Assembly: GCF_002994635.1 (NCBI RefSeq)
Contig: NZ_PVNL01000139.1
Span: 146,055-200,418, forward strand
Direction: 5' to 3'
DNA: 54,364 bases
Source: Enhygromyxa salina
GTDB lineage: Bacteria > Myxococcota_A > Polyangia > Nannocystales > Nannocystaceae
Shown here one piece after another: positions 44,449 through 53,588 of the stretch. Numbering within the stretch: the first letter of the stretch is position 1; each line of letters begins with the position of its first letter. The notes below the pieces were generated by a model. It made no database searches. It was not told the DNA's origin and saw only the letters and a program-made list of their open reading frames with translations. A program made the position numbers and the translations under genes.

Positions 44449-44474
44449 GGCGGACTTTTAGGGCGGACTGGTAG

Positions 44475-45359
44475 TCAGACGACCGACAGCGAAGCCCGCC
44501 CACCGGAGCTGGGGCTGGGAAACCGCTGCATCTGCATGCGCCAGTCCACGCCGATCATCTCGCCCAGCCGCATCGGCTCCCACACGTTGTCGCCGAGCAG
44601 CGGCTCGCTCGAGAACACCAGGTGGCTGACGAAGCCGTCCTCGACCTTGCGCTCGCACTCGTCGGCCCAATACGGGCAGGTGTCGCGCTCGGGGCAGTGC
44701 TTCTTGTGGGTCGAGCAGTGCAGGATCTTGCCGCCCTGGTGGGCGAGCATGGTCTGGCCGTTGGTGATCACGAAGGTCAAAAAATTGTTGGTCAGCGGAT
44801 CGGCGCTGTCGTCTTCACACAGCTCACCCGCGAGCTCGCTGACCAGGTCGATCGCCTCGCGGGCGGCCGCCGCCAGCTCTTCGAGCGGATAGCCGCGACG
44901 CTCGAGGTCACACCGCTCGGCCATCTTGCCGAGCATCAGATAAAACAGCGCCTCGCTGTCGGTGTGACCCAGGATGAAGCGACGCAACACCGGCGGCACG
45001 CGATCGAGCATCTCGTCGCGGATCGCCGCGAAGTTGGCGATGTTGCCGTTGTGAACCATGACCCAGCTGCCGTACTGAAACGGGTGGGTGTCGAACACCG
45101 TGAGCTGGCCCTGGGTCGCCTTGCGGACGTGCGCGACCACGGTCTCGGAGGTCACGACCCCCGACACGTGGCGAAACATCTCGTCGGACACCGCCGTGGC
45201 CACGCTCTTGACCACGTGCGGGGCCCCGCCCACGTAGTAGGCCACCCCCCAGCCGTCGGGGTTGTGCTCGCTCTGCTGCATGAGCGCATTGTCGGCGCTG
45301 ACCAGGCTGCGATGGACCTGGCTCTGCATCACCGAGCGAAACCCGAAGATCCTGCACAT
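44475..45359 (-). CDS. class II (Ntn-type) glutamine amidotransferase domain protein
   Basis: N-terminal nucleophile MCRIFGF, DGWGVAYY, ...VMVHNGNI typical of GATase class II. Confidence 0.8.
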   Translation of the reverse strand: MCRIFGFRSVMQSQVHRSLVSADNALMQQSEHNPDGWGVAYYVGGAPHVVKSVATAVSDEMFRHVSGVVTSETVVAHVRKATQGQLTVFDTHPFQYGSWVMVHNGNIANFAAIRDEMLDRVPPVLRRFILGHTDSEALFYLMLGKMAERCDLERRGYPLEELAAAAREAIDLVSELAGELCEDDSADPLTNNFLTFVITNGQTMLAHQGGKILHCSTHKKHCPERDTCPYWADECERKVEDGFVSHLVFSSEPLLGDNVWEPMRLGEMIGVDWRMQMQRFPSPSSGGRASLSVV

Positions 45360-45428
45360 GGCTAGGACCCCTTTGTGAGGTGGTTCGAGCGGCTCGGGAC
45401 TTTGACAGACTGGACCACGGGGACCAGA

Positions 45429-45977
45429 TTACCGGTTCTTCCACGCCAGGCGAAACACGACCTGCGACGGTTCGTCGAGCATCCGCTCGAGCAGCTCGAC
45501 CTCGCCGTCGCCCTCGTCTTGGGCGCGACCGCACAGGATCAGCAGCGCGTGCTGGACAGTTGCGACCGCGGCCAGCCACGCGTCTTCGGTCGCGCACGCG
45601 TGCGGCAGCCTCGACAGGCACATCTGAACCTCGCGCCACTCGCGGGCGCGCGCGCGATCGGGATCGAGGCTGCGACTCACGCTCCACTTGCCGCAGTCGC
45701 GGTACAGCAAGCCCCACGCGCGCGGCAGCAAGCGCGCGAACGACCCGGGGTCGAGCCCGAACAGGCCGACGGCGGTCTGCACGACATTTTGTAGGATCGA
45801 CGCGACCATGAACTCGCGCAGGTTGGCGAGCACGAACGCGCGGGTGCGCTCGGCCCCCAGCACCGTGTCGAGCGCGCGCTGCAGCGCGAGGTCGGCCTCG
45901 ATCGGCAACCACACGAGCGGGCCGGCGCACTCGATGCTGGTCTGATGGGTGTCACCGAGCTGCCTGCGGATCTCCAT
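45429..45977 (-). CDS. hypothetical protein (182 aa)
   Basis: ATG at 45977 (MEIRRQLGDTHQ...); the 5' portion of raw ORF 45429..46505 is translation of the repeat element and is not coding. Confidence 0.45.
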   Translation of the reverse strand: MEIRRQLGDTHQTSIECAGPLVWLPIEADLALQRALDTVLGAERTRAFVLANLREFMVASILQNVVQTAVGLFGLDPGSFARLLPRAWGLLYRDCGKWSVSRSLDPDRARAREWREVQMCLSRLPHACATEDAWLAAVATVQHALLILCGRAQDEGDGEVELLERMLDEPSQVVFRLAWKNR

Positions 45978-46124
45978 GGCCGGCGGACCGAACTCATCGC
46001 AAGCGAACAACAGCGCGCGCAGGTAGCTGGCTCGCACCGCAGGGCCCGAGCGGTCTTCGTCCGCGTCACCGCCAGCTCCCTCGTTCACCACACCAAAGCT
46101 AACAGGCCAACACACACCCGCAAA

Positions 46125-46335
46125 GCCTGGACGCCGGCACCCCCGAGGAGCGACCAGACGCGCCAGCGGCTGCAGTCGGCAAACACCCCCGACGTAGGTC
46201 GGGCACGCACCGAGCCCCCTCCCAGGGGGCCACACATGCCACCGCACACAAACAGCCCCGAGGAGCAGAGCGACCAGACCCGCCAGCGGCTGCAGTCGGC
46301 GAACACCCCGACCGATGTGGGGGTCTAAAAAAACC
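46125..46335. repeat. composite intergenic repeat element, copy B (same family as 15005-15300)
   Basis: Two direct copies of the 45-bp unit (46141-46190, 46257-46305) flanking the palindromic module GAGCCCCCTCCCAGGGGGCCACACAT; ends with TGTGGGGGTCTAAAAAAA upstream of the ATG at 46351. Confidence 0.8.
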
Positions 46336-46350
46336 CGTATCCTCGCGGCG

Positions 46351-48885
46351 ATGTCGACGGGCCAAGCCGAGGCAAATCCCCAACCGGCCGACCCACCCGC
46401 GCGCCCGCTGCCGCGCTGGTCGCTGGTCCTGGTCGCCGGGTTGCATGCGCTGATCTTCGCCTGGGCTGGCGCGAAGCTGGCCTGGAGCGAGTGGTCGAGC
46501 TTCACGATCGTCTGCTACTTGCTCGCGCTGGGGCACGCGCTGACAGCCGTGGCGGCTGGCGCGAGGCTGCGGGCGCTGGCCCCGATCTGGCGGGTGAGCT
46601 CGGCGTTTGGGCTGATCGTGCTGGGCTGGCTGGCGTGGGAGCTGACCTCGGCGGCGAGCTACCTCGCGGGGCTGTACGGCTCGCTGGGCGAGGGGATCGG
46701 CGCGGGGTTGCTGGCGGTGATCGGGCTGGTCGCGCTGCTGAGCCTGCCGATCTCGGCGTGGGGCCTCGCGGCCACCTGGCGGCGCGCCTACAACGGTGGC
46801 GCGGCCGCGGCCACGACCGTGCTGCTGTGCGTGTGGACCCTGGGCGCGCTGGGTCAGGCAGAGGACGCCCACGCCGAGCTGGTGCCGCTGCCCGGTGAGT
46901 TCGAGCTGGTCGACCGCCACGACCCTGGCGTCCAAAACAGCGTGGTCGAGGCCCTGCTGTTCGCCGAGATGTCGGGCCGGATCGAGCACTGGGGGGTGCT
47001 GCCCGAGGTCCCGACCGAAGGCCCGATCGAGAAGGTCGAGGGCGGCTACCGCCACGCGAAGCTGCGGGTGCCGTCGCTGTACACGGTCGCGCCGATCGCC
47101 TGCGTCCCCGATCCCGCGTCCGACGAGTCGGTCGCGGTCGTGACCTACATGGTCCTCAGTGAGAAGCCGTCCGCGCGGCCTGACGAGGTCGCCGCCGTCG
47201 AGCCCGTGACCCGCTGCCTCCGCGCCGCCCCCGACCAGATCGTCGCGGAGATCGTCAGCCTGATCGCGTCCGAGGCCCTGCGCGCGCCCGTGAAGATCGA
47301 CGTGATCAGCGGGGTCGCGCCGCTGCGCTCGCGGGTCCCGGCCCTCGACATGTTCTCGCTGCGCCCAGGCTTGGACGGGGTGTGCGACGAGCACCACTGC
47401 CTGATGCCGTGGCAGCTCGTGGCGCTCGACCAGTTCACGGCCAACGAGCCGCTGCCGTTCGTGCCCGACTTTCGCGTGGGGGTGTCGGCCGTCGAGCTGC
47501 GCGCCGCGCTGGGCTTCGAGGTGCCCGAGGACGTGCTCCGCTTTGACCGAGAGCAGCGCAGGCCCGCGCGGCTCGAGCGGCTGATCGAAGCCGGCAAGGC
47601 GACCCCGCGGCCGGCCGACGTCGAGTCCTGGCAGCTGATCGACGGCCTCACGCGGATCGAGACCCTCAGCTACATGGTCACGCGCAACGGCCTGTTCACC
47701 TCGCTGGTGCGCATGCACAAGCGCGAGGTTCGGCTCAGCCAGCGCAGCCTCGATCAGGCCCGCGTCGCCGCCGACATGCACATCGCCAAGGCCCAGCTGA
47801 AGGACGGTCGGTTCCGCTACACCCTCGATCCGTTCACGGGCGCGCAGGAGCTCAACAACTGGAACCTGCCCCGCCAGGCCGGCACCACCTTGGTGATGTG
47901 CGAGCTCGGCAACGACGCTCGCCGGACCCGGCGCGTGGGCGGGCTGTCGCTGAAGTTCATGGCCAGGCACGCGCGGCCGACCGGCGAGCTGATCCCGCTG
48001 ACCAAGCGGCGCCGGGCCGAGCAGGCGGATCTGGGCTCGACCGCGCTGCCGGCGATCGCGTTCGCTAGCTGCCGCGAGCACGTCGGCGACAAGCACGATC
48101 GCACCTTTGCTGGCATGACCCGATTCCTGCTCGCGATGCAGCGCGAAGACGGGAGCTTCTATCCGCTCTACGACCTCGCCGGGGGTCACGTCATCGACGG
48201 TCCCGAGCCGATGTACGCGGGCGGCCAGGCGATCTTTGCGCTGAGCCTGGCCGAGAAGCTCGCGCTCGAGCAACCCGACGCCGCCGCAGCCGCCGGCCTA
48301 CCCAGCGCCGAGGTCCTCAACGAAGCGGTCGAGCGCGCGATGGCGTTCTACACCGGGCCCTACTGGGCGACCTTCGTCCGCGATTTTTTTTGGCTCGAAG
48401 AGAACTGGCACTGCCTCGCGGCCCGGGCCTCACTCGATCACCACCGCAATGACGCGTACGAGCGCTACTGCATCGACTACATGACCTACAAGGCGCGCCT
48501 GGTGCTCGACGAGAGCGCCGACGTGGCCCGCGAGTTCTACGGCGGCTACTCGTTCGGCAACATCCTCACGCCGGTCAACACCCCGGCCGCCGGGTTTGGC
48601 GAGGGCATGGCGGCCGCGATCGCGCTCAAGCGCGCGCGCGGGGAAGACGTCGAGGCCGACATCGAGCAAATGCGTGACGTCATCGAGTTCCTGCTGCGCC
48701 AGCAATGGAACAAGGACAATTGCTTCGCCTGCACGCCCCACCGCACGGTGGTCGGCGGGTTCTCTGAGTCCATGAGCGCGCCCGAGATCCGCATCGACTA
48801 CACCCAGCACGCCTGGTCCGCGCTCGGGCACGGCGGCGATTGGATCTACGATCAGCTGCCAGCGCTGGCCCCGGGCGAAGAGTGA
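46351..48885 (+). CDS. hypothetical membrane protein: N-terminal about 4-TM domain plus about 650-aa soluble domain
   Basis: ATG at 46351 just 3' of the repeat element (in-frame ATG at 46315 lies inside the element); TM helices in the first 200 aa; no family recognised. Confidence 0.6.
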   Translation: MSTGQAEANPQPADPPARPLPRWSLVLVAGLHALIFAWAGAKLAWSEWSSFTIVCYLLALGHALTAVAAGARLRALAPIWRVSSAFGLIVLGWLAWELTSAASYLAGLYGSLGEGIGAGLLAVIGLVALLSLPISAWGLAATWRRAYNGGAAAATTVLLCVWTLGALGQAEDAHAELVPLPGEFELVDRHDPGVQNSVVEALLFAEMSGRIEHWGVLPEVPTEGPIEKVEGGYRHAKLRVPSLYTVAPIACVPDPASDESVAVVTYMVLSEKPSARPDEVAAVEPVTRCLRAAPDQIVAEIVSLIASEALRAPVKIDVISGVAPLRSRVPALDMFSLRPGLDGVCDEHHCLMPWQLVALDQFTANEPLPFVPDFRVGVSAVELRAALGFEVPEDVLRFDREQRRPARLERLIEAGKATPRPADVESWQLIDGLTRIETLSYMVTRNGLFTSLVRMHKREVRLSQRSLDQARVAADMHIAKAQLKDGRFRYTLDPFTGAQELNNWNLPRQAGTTLVMCELGNDARRTRRVGGLSLKFMARHARPTGELIPLTKRRRAEQADLGSTALPAIAFASCREHVGDKHDRTFAGMTRFLLAMQREDGSFYPLYDLAGGHVIDGPEPMYAGGQAIFALSLAEKLALEQPDAAAAAGLPSAEVLNEAVERAMAFYTGPYWATFVRDFFWLEENWHCLAARASLDHHRNDAYERYCIDYMTYKARLVLDESADVAREFYGGYSFGNILTPVNTPAAGFGEGMAAAIALKRARGEDVEADIEQMRDVIEFLLRQQWNKDNCFACTPHRTVVGGFSESMSAPEIRIDYTQHAWSALGHGGDWIYDQLPALAPGEE

Positions 48886-49364
48886 GCGAGGCCGAGATCA
48901 AGCCCGCTCGCGGATCGCTGCGCCGCGCCCCTGCGCTGCTGTTGTGTGCGCTGGTCGTGGCCGCGGTGGTCGCCCCGGCCCTGCGTGACCCCCCGCGCGA
49001 CTCGTTCCCGCTCTCGACCTATCCAATGTTCTCGACCGTGCGCAAGCAGGCGTGGATCCACGTGATCGTCGGATTCGACGCCCAGGACAACGAACGCGCA
49101 ATTCCCCCGCGCCTGGTCGCCAACGTCGAGGTCATGCAGGCAGCCGAGACGATCCGGATCGCGGTCCGGCGACGCCGGCCAAAGCTGCTCTGTGAGCAGG
49201 TCGCCGCGCGCGTCGCAGACGATCCCGAGTTTGCGCAGATCGTGCGCCTCGAGGTCCAGAGCCGCCGCTTTGATCCCCGCACCTACTTCGTCGAGGCCGA
49301 CGGCAAGATCCCGCTAAAGCTGCGTCGGCGGGCGGGGTGCGAGATCCCCGAGGACGGCGCATGA
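48882..49364 (+). CDS. hypothetical membrane-anchored protein (160 aa)
   Basis: GTG at 48882 overlaps the upstream stop (GTGA); N-terminal TM APALLLCALVVAAVVAPAL. Confidence 0.5.
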   Translation: MSEAEIKPARGSLRRAPALLLCALVVAAVVAPALRDPPRDSFPLSTYPMFSTVRKQAWIHVIVGFDAQDNERAIPPRLVANVEVMQAAETIRIAVRRRRPKLLCEQVAARVADDPEFAQIVRLEVQSRRFDPRTYFVEADGKIPLKLRRRAGCEIPEDGA

Positions 49365-50311
49365 GTCGGTTGCTGGATCAGCTCGATCGCTGGTGGTTCT
49401 GCCCGGCGCCCGCGCTCCGCCTCGCGGTCTTGCGCGTGTTGATCATTGGCTATGGGCTGATCTGGCTGGTCGGCTTTGCGCCGCTGTTGCTCGCCAACCT
49501 GCGCTTCGCGCCCGAGCAATTCGCGCCAACCGGGGTCGTCTCGTTGCTCGACGCGCCCGTCTCGTTCGGGCTGGGCGCGGGGATCTGGCTGGTCACCGTG
49601 CTCCTCGGGGTCGCGGCGCTGCTGGGCTGGCGGTTTCGCGTGCTGGGCCCGGTCTACGCGCTCGGGCTGCTGTGGGTCGCGAGCTACCGCAACTCGTGGG
49701 GGATGATCTTCCACACCGAGAATCTGCTGGTCGTCCACACCTTGATTGTCGTGATGCTCCCCGCAAGCGATGCGTGGTCTCTCGACGCGCGCGCGCGCCC
49801 CAGTGACCAGCGCGCGCTCGCGCTGGAGCCGGATGCTCGTTACGGATGGGGTCCCAAGCTGATGGCAACGGTCACCGCGCTCGCGTATGTGCTCGCGGGC
49901 GTGGCCAAGCTCCGCACCGCCGGCTGGGCCTGGCTCGATGGCGATGTATTGCTCAGTCACGTCGGCTGGGACAATCTGCGCAAGCAGGAGCTCGGCAGCA
50001 CCCACTCCCCGCTTGGCGCGGCCCTGTGTGCATTTCCCTCGGTGTTCATCCCGCTGTCCTGGGTCAGCGTCGCGCTTGAGCTGGGCGCCCCGCTCGCGCT
50101 GTTCGGCCGGCGGCTCGCGTGGGTGTGGTCGATTGGCATCTGGTGCTTTCACCTGGGGGTCGTGGCGATCATGTGGATTGTGTTTGCGTATCCCCTGTCC
50201 GGGGTCGCGTTTGCGCCCTTGTTCGCGGTCGAGCGGCCCGTGCTCGCGCTCGCGGCCTGGGCTCGCCAGCGGCGACCCGACTCTCCCCTTTCGCGCCTGC
50301 TGCCAGAGTGA
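49361..50311 (+). CDS. HTTM-domain (vitamin K-dependent gamma-carboxylase-like) integral membrane protein
   Basis: ATG overlaps the upstream stop (ATGA); N-terminal LDRWWFCPAPALRLAVLRVLIIGYGLIWL typical of HTTM domains; multiple TM helices. Confidence 0.65.
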   Translation: MSRLLDQLDRWWFCPAPALRLAVLRVLIIGYGLIWLVGFAPLLLANLRFAPEQFAPTGVVSLLDAPVSFGLGAGIWLVTVLLGVAALLGWRFRVLGPVYALGLLWVASYRNSWGMIFHTENLLVVHTLIVVMLPASDAWSLDARARPSDQRALALEPDARYGWGPKLMATVTALAYVLAGVAKLRTAGWAWLDGDVLLSHVGWDNLRKQELGSTHSPLGAALCAFPSVFIPLSWVSVALELGAPLALFGRRLAWVWSIGIWCFHLGVVAIMWIVFAYPLSGVAFAPLFAVERPVLALAAWARQRRPDSPLSRLLPE

Positions 50312-51006
50312 CCGCCGTGCCTGTTCGCCTGATTCGCGGAGACCAACCACTGCCCGATCCCGAGCAGTCCGACGCCCGGGGGCTCGTCGCAATCGGGGGT
50401 GATTTGCGGCCCACGCGCCTGCTCGACGCCTACAGTCGCGGCATCTTCCCCTGGTACAGCGAGGGCCTGCCGATCCTCTGGCACTCCCCGGATCCCCGCT
50501 TCGTGCTCGAGCCCGGCGCGCTGCGAGTCAATCGCAGCTTGCGAAAGAGCCTTCGTCGTCAGCGCTATCGGCTGAGCTTCGACACCGCCTTTGATCAGGT
50601 GATACGCCGCTGCGCCGAGGTCCCTCGCCACGATCAAGACGGCACCTGGATCACCTCGGAGATGATGGCGTCGTACGAGCAGCTGTCGGCCCTGGGTCAC
50701 GCACACAGCGTCGAAGCCTGGGACGGCGAGCGGCTGGTCGGCGGGATCTATGGCGTCGTCGTCGGCAGCGTGTTTTGTGGCGAGTCGATGTTCGCGCTGG
50801 CGCCCGACGCCTCCAAGGTTGCGTTCGTGCAGCTGGTCGAGCAGCTCGGGCGCTGGGGCTTCGAGCTGATCGATTGCCAGGTCCACACGGATCACCTGCA
50901 GCGGTTTGGGGCGGTCGACTGGCCCCGGTCACGGTTCTTGGCGACCCTCGAGCGCCTGCGCCAGCGCAAAGCTGGCCCGGCCGGTCCGTGGGCGTTCGAG
51001 GCCTGA
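50308..51006 (+). CDS. aat: leucyl/phenylalanyl-tRNA--protein transferase
   Basis: GTG at 50308 overlapping the upstream stop (GTGA); L/F-transferase blocks RGIFPWY, LWHSPDPR, GESMF. Confidence 0.85.
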   Translation: MTAVPVRLIRGDQPLPDPEQSDARGLVAIGGDLRPTRLLDAYSRGIFPWYSEGLPILWHSPDPRFVLEPGALRVNRSLRKSLRRQRYRLSFDTAFDQVIRRCAEVPRHDQDGTWITSEMMASYEQLSALGHAHSVEAWDGERLVGGIYGVVVGSVFCGESMFALAPDASKVAFVQLVEQLGRWGFELIDCQVHTDHLQRFGAVDWPRSRFLATLERLRQRKAGPAGPWAFEA

Positions 51007-51033
51007 GCCGGAGCGTTGGAGCCTGGACGCACC

Positions 51034-51073
51034 AAAGCCCCGAGCGGCGAAGCCACCCGGGGTTTGTACAAAC
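51034..51073. terminator. hairpin AAAGCCCCG...CGGGGTTT followed by palindrome GTTTGTACAAAC between convergent aat and the wHTH gene
   Basis: Inverted repeat with T-run read directly from sequence; intergenic between convergent genes. Confidence 0.3.
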
Positions 51074-51115
51074 GTGAAGAGCTGAGCTGAGCTGACCTGG
51101 GCCGCTCGCGCTGCG

Positions 51116-51649
51116 CTAGGACAGCGAGTAACGGGTGCCGCGAGCCTTGCCGGTGAAGGTCACCAGGCCGCGCTCGATCAGGCGATTGAGGGAAGTACGG
51201 AGTTGGGTCGGATCGGCGTTGAGTGACTGACGCAGCTGGGTCGCCGCGACCGCCTCACCACCGTGCGCGGTAAGCGCCTCGAGGACCTCTTTGTCGAGTG
51301 CCTCGCGACCGGTCTCGGTACGAACATTGCGCTTGTGGGCAGCACCCTTGCGCGGACCGGGCTTGCCGGCCTTGCGTGGGGCAGCGCCAGCAGCCGCTGC
51401 ACCGGGGGCAGCAGCTGCGGCAGCAGCAACGTTGGAACCGGAACCCTTGGGTCGACCGCCGCGGCCCCGCGCGACGCCGCCAACACCGAGCAGACCACCA
51501 AGGGTGATCGAGCCGAGCATGGGGTTGTCACTGACGAGTTGCTTCAGATCCCTGACCGTAGTTCCGGGGTTCTTAGCGATGATCGCAACCAGTGCAGCTT
51601 TGGACTGGTCAGCGAGGGCATCCTGAAAGGCGCTGGAGAGATTGGCCAT
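51116..51649 (-). CDS. small DNA-binding protein with AT-hook-like basic linker and winged-helix domain(s)
   Basis: RGRGGRPKGSG (AT-hook core GRP), KAGKPGPRKG; C-terminal wHTH-like LRTSLNRLIERGLVTFTGKARGTRYSL. Confidence 0.55.
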   Translation of the reverse strand: MANLSSAFQDALADQSKAALVAIIAKNPGTTVRDLKQLVSDNPMLGSITLGGLLGVGGVARGRGGRPKGSGSNVAAAAAAAPGAAAAGAAPRKAGKPGPRKGAAHKRNVRTETGREALDKEVLEALTAHGGEAVAATQLRQSLNADPTQLRTSLNRLIERGLVTFTGKARGTRYSLS

Positions 51650-52118
51650 GGCGGCATTTATGCACGAAAGATCTCGAAATGACAGGGGGCCATGTCAGTT
51701 TTTTTCACGGGATTATGTGCGCTCGATCCGTAACTCGATTCATGAGCATGTGGGTTGCTTTGTGGCCACGCCCAGAATGCGATTCGAAGGGGATCCATCC
51801 GGGCCTGCTTTGCGGCGTTGGCCAACGTGGTATTCGAGTCACAGATATGCCCCGCGATCTCGAATTCGGGCGAATTGACCGTCGTTTGGGCATAGTTGGA
51901 TCCAGACCGTTCGATCGTGGTCAGCCGCGATCACCCCCGCGATCCATGCTAATGGCACACGGTCGATCTCTGTCACCCGCTACACTGAACCTCCGAGCAG
52001 CAGCCACTCACGCCATGCTCAGATGTGTCACGGCGCCGACGACCCCACAATCCTGAACGTCGTTCTTAAACGAGACGCGGCGCCGCACAGAGCGGCGCCG
52101 CGCGCGAACAGCGGATCC

Positions 52119-53534
52119 CTAGCGCCGACGGTTTCCGACGTGGATGGCCTCGCCCAGCGCGTGCTTGGCCGCTTCCATCACCGCCTCACCAAGGGTTGGA
52201 TGTGGGTGAACGGTCAGAGCAATGTCCTCTGCGAAGGCGCCCATCTCGATCGCCAGGGCCGCCTCGCTGATCAGGTCGCTGGCTTCCGGGCCGACGACGT
52301 GAATGCCCAGAACCCGATTGTCCGACTTGTCGATGATGACCTTCACGAACCCGTTGGTCTCGTCGATCGCCATGGCCCGACCGCTGATCGAAAACGGGAA
52401 CTTGCCGATCTCGATGGTGTGACCGGCCTGCTTGGCCTCGGCCTCACCGAGCCCCGCCGAGGCGATCTCCGGCTCGGTAAATACGACGTTGGGGATCGTC
52501 CGGGCGTCGTTGACGGTGTTTTTGCCGGCGATGACCTCGGCCACGACCTCACCCTCGTGGCTGGCCTTGTGGGCCAGCATCGGCTGTCCGCACACGTCGC
52601 CGACCGCATAGACCTTTGCGACGTTGGTCTGCTGGCGGGCGTCGACCTTGATGAAGCCCCGCTCGTCGAGCTCGACGCCGAGCTTGTCGAGGCCAAAGCC
52701 CTTGGCCACGGGGCGGCGGCCAACGGCCACCAGCACGACATCGGCGGGGAACTCTTTGCTCTCACCACCGACCTCGGCGCGGACCCACAGCTTGCCGTCA
52801 CGCTCGCTAAAGCCCTTGGCCATCGCGTTGGTGACGATCTCGCCGCCATCTTGCTTGATCTGGCGGGCGACGACCTGGGCCAGGTCTTTGTCACAGACGC
52901 TCAAGATCCGGTCGAGGCCCTCGAGCACGGTCAGCTTGGTGCCGAGTCGCTGAAAGGTCTGACCGAGCTCCAGGCCAATGATCCCGCCGCCGATGCAGAC
53001 CATGTGCTCGGGGACAAAGTCGAGCTCGAGCGCGCCCGTGCTGTCGCGAACCTTGTCCTGATCGACGCTAAACCCAGGGATCTCGATCGGCACGCTGCCG
53101 GTCGCAATCACCAGGTGCTCGCACTCGACGATGTCGTCGGGCTTGCCGTCGGGGTAGCTGAGCTTGACCCGCCCCGGCCCGAGGATCTCGGCGGTCGCGG
53201 TCACGTATTGGGTGCCCGAGCCCTTGACCAGCTGTTTGACGCCACCGGTCAGCTTGCTGACGATGCCCGCCTTCCAGACCTGCATCTTGGGCATGTCGGT
53301 GGTGGGCGCGCCAAAGCTCAGACCCATGTGCTCGGCGTGCTGGGCCTTGTGGGCCAGCTTGGTCGCCGAGATCAGGGCCTTGCTGGGGATGCACCCCCAG
53401 TTGAGGCACACGCCGCCAGGTTCAGCCTTCTCGACGAGCATGGCGTCGACGCCGAGCTGGCCGAGCCGGATCGCGCAAGGATAGCCGCCAGTGCCGGCGC
53501 CGATGACGAGTGCCTGTTTCTTGATTGTTGGCAT
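52119..53534 (-). CDS. lpdA: dihydrolipoyl dehydrogenase (E3 component of 2-oxoacid dehydrogenase complexes)
   Basis: FAD-binding GAGTGGY, redox-active disulfide GGVCLNWGCIPSK, NAD-binding and interface domains; ATG at 53534 (in-frame GTG at 53561 is an alternative start). Confidence 0.9.
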   Translation of the reverse strand: MPTIKKQALVIGAGTGGYPCAIRLGQLGVDAMLVEKAEPGGVCLNWGCIPSKALISATKLAHKAQHAEHMGLSFGAPTTDMPKMQVWKAGIVSKLTGGVKQLVKGSGTQYVTATAEILGPGRVKLSYPDGKPDDIVECEHLVIATGSVPIEIPGFSVDQDKVRDSTGALELDFVPEHMVCIGGGIIGLELGQTFQRLGTKLTVLEGLDRILSVCDKDLAQVVARQIKQDGGEIVTNAMAKGFSERDGKLWVRAEVGGESKEFPADVVLVAVGRRPVAKGFGLDKLGVELDERGFIKVDARQQTNVAKVYAVGDVCGQPMLAHKASHEGEVVAEVIAGKNTVNDARTIPNVVFTEPEIASAGLGEAEAKQAGHTIEIGKFPFSISGRAMAIDETNGFVKVIIDKSDNRVLGIHVVGPEASDLISEAALAIEMGAFAEDIALTVHPHPTLGEAVMEAAKHALGEAIHVGNRRR

Positions 53535-53588
53535 GGGGAGACTCGATGGGTCGTGAAGCACCCGGAGGTGCCCGGAGAAGCCAGCCGG

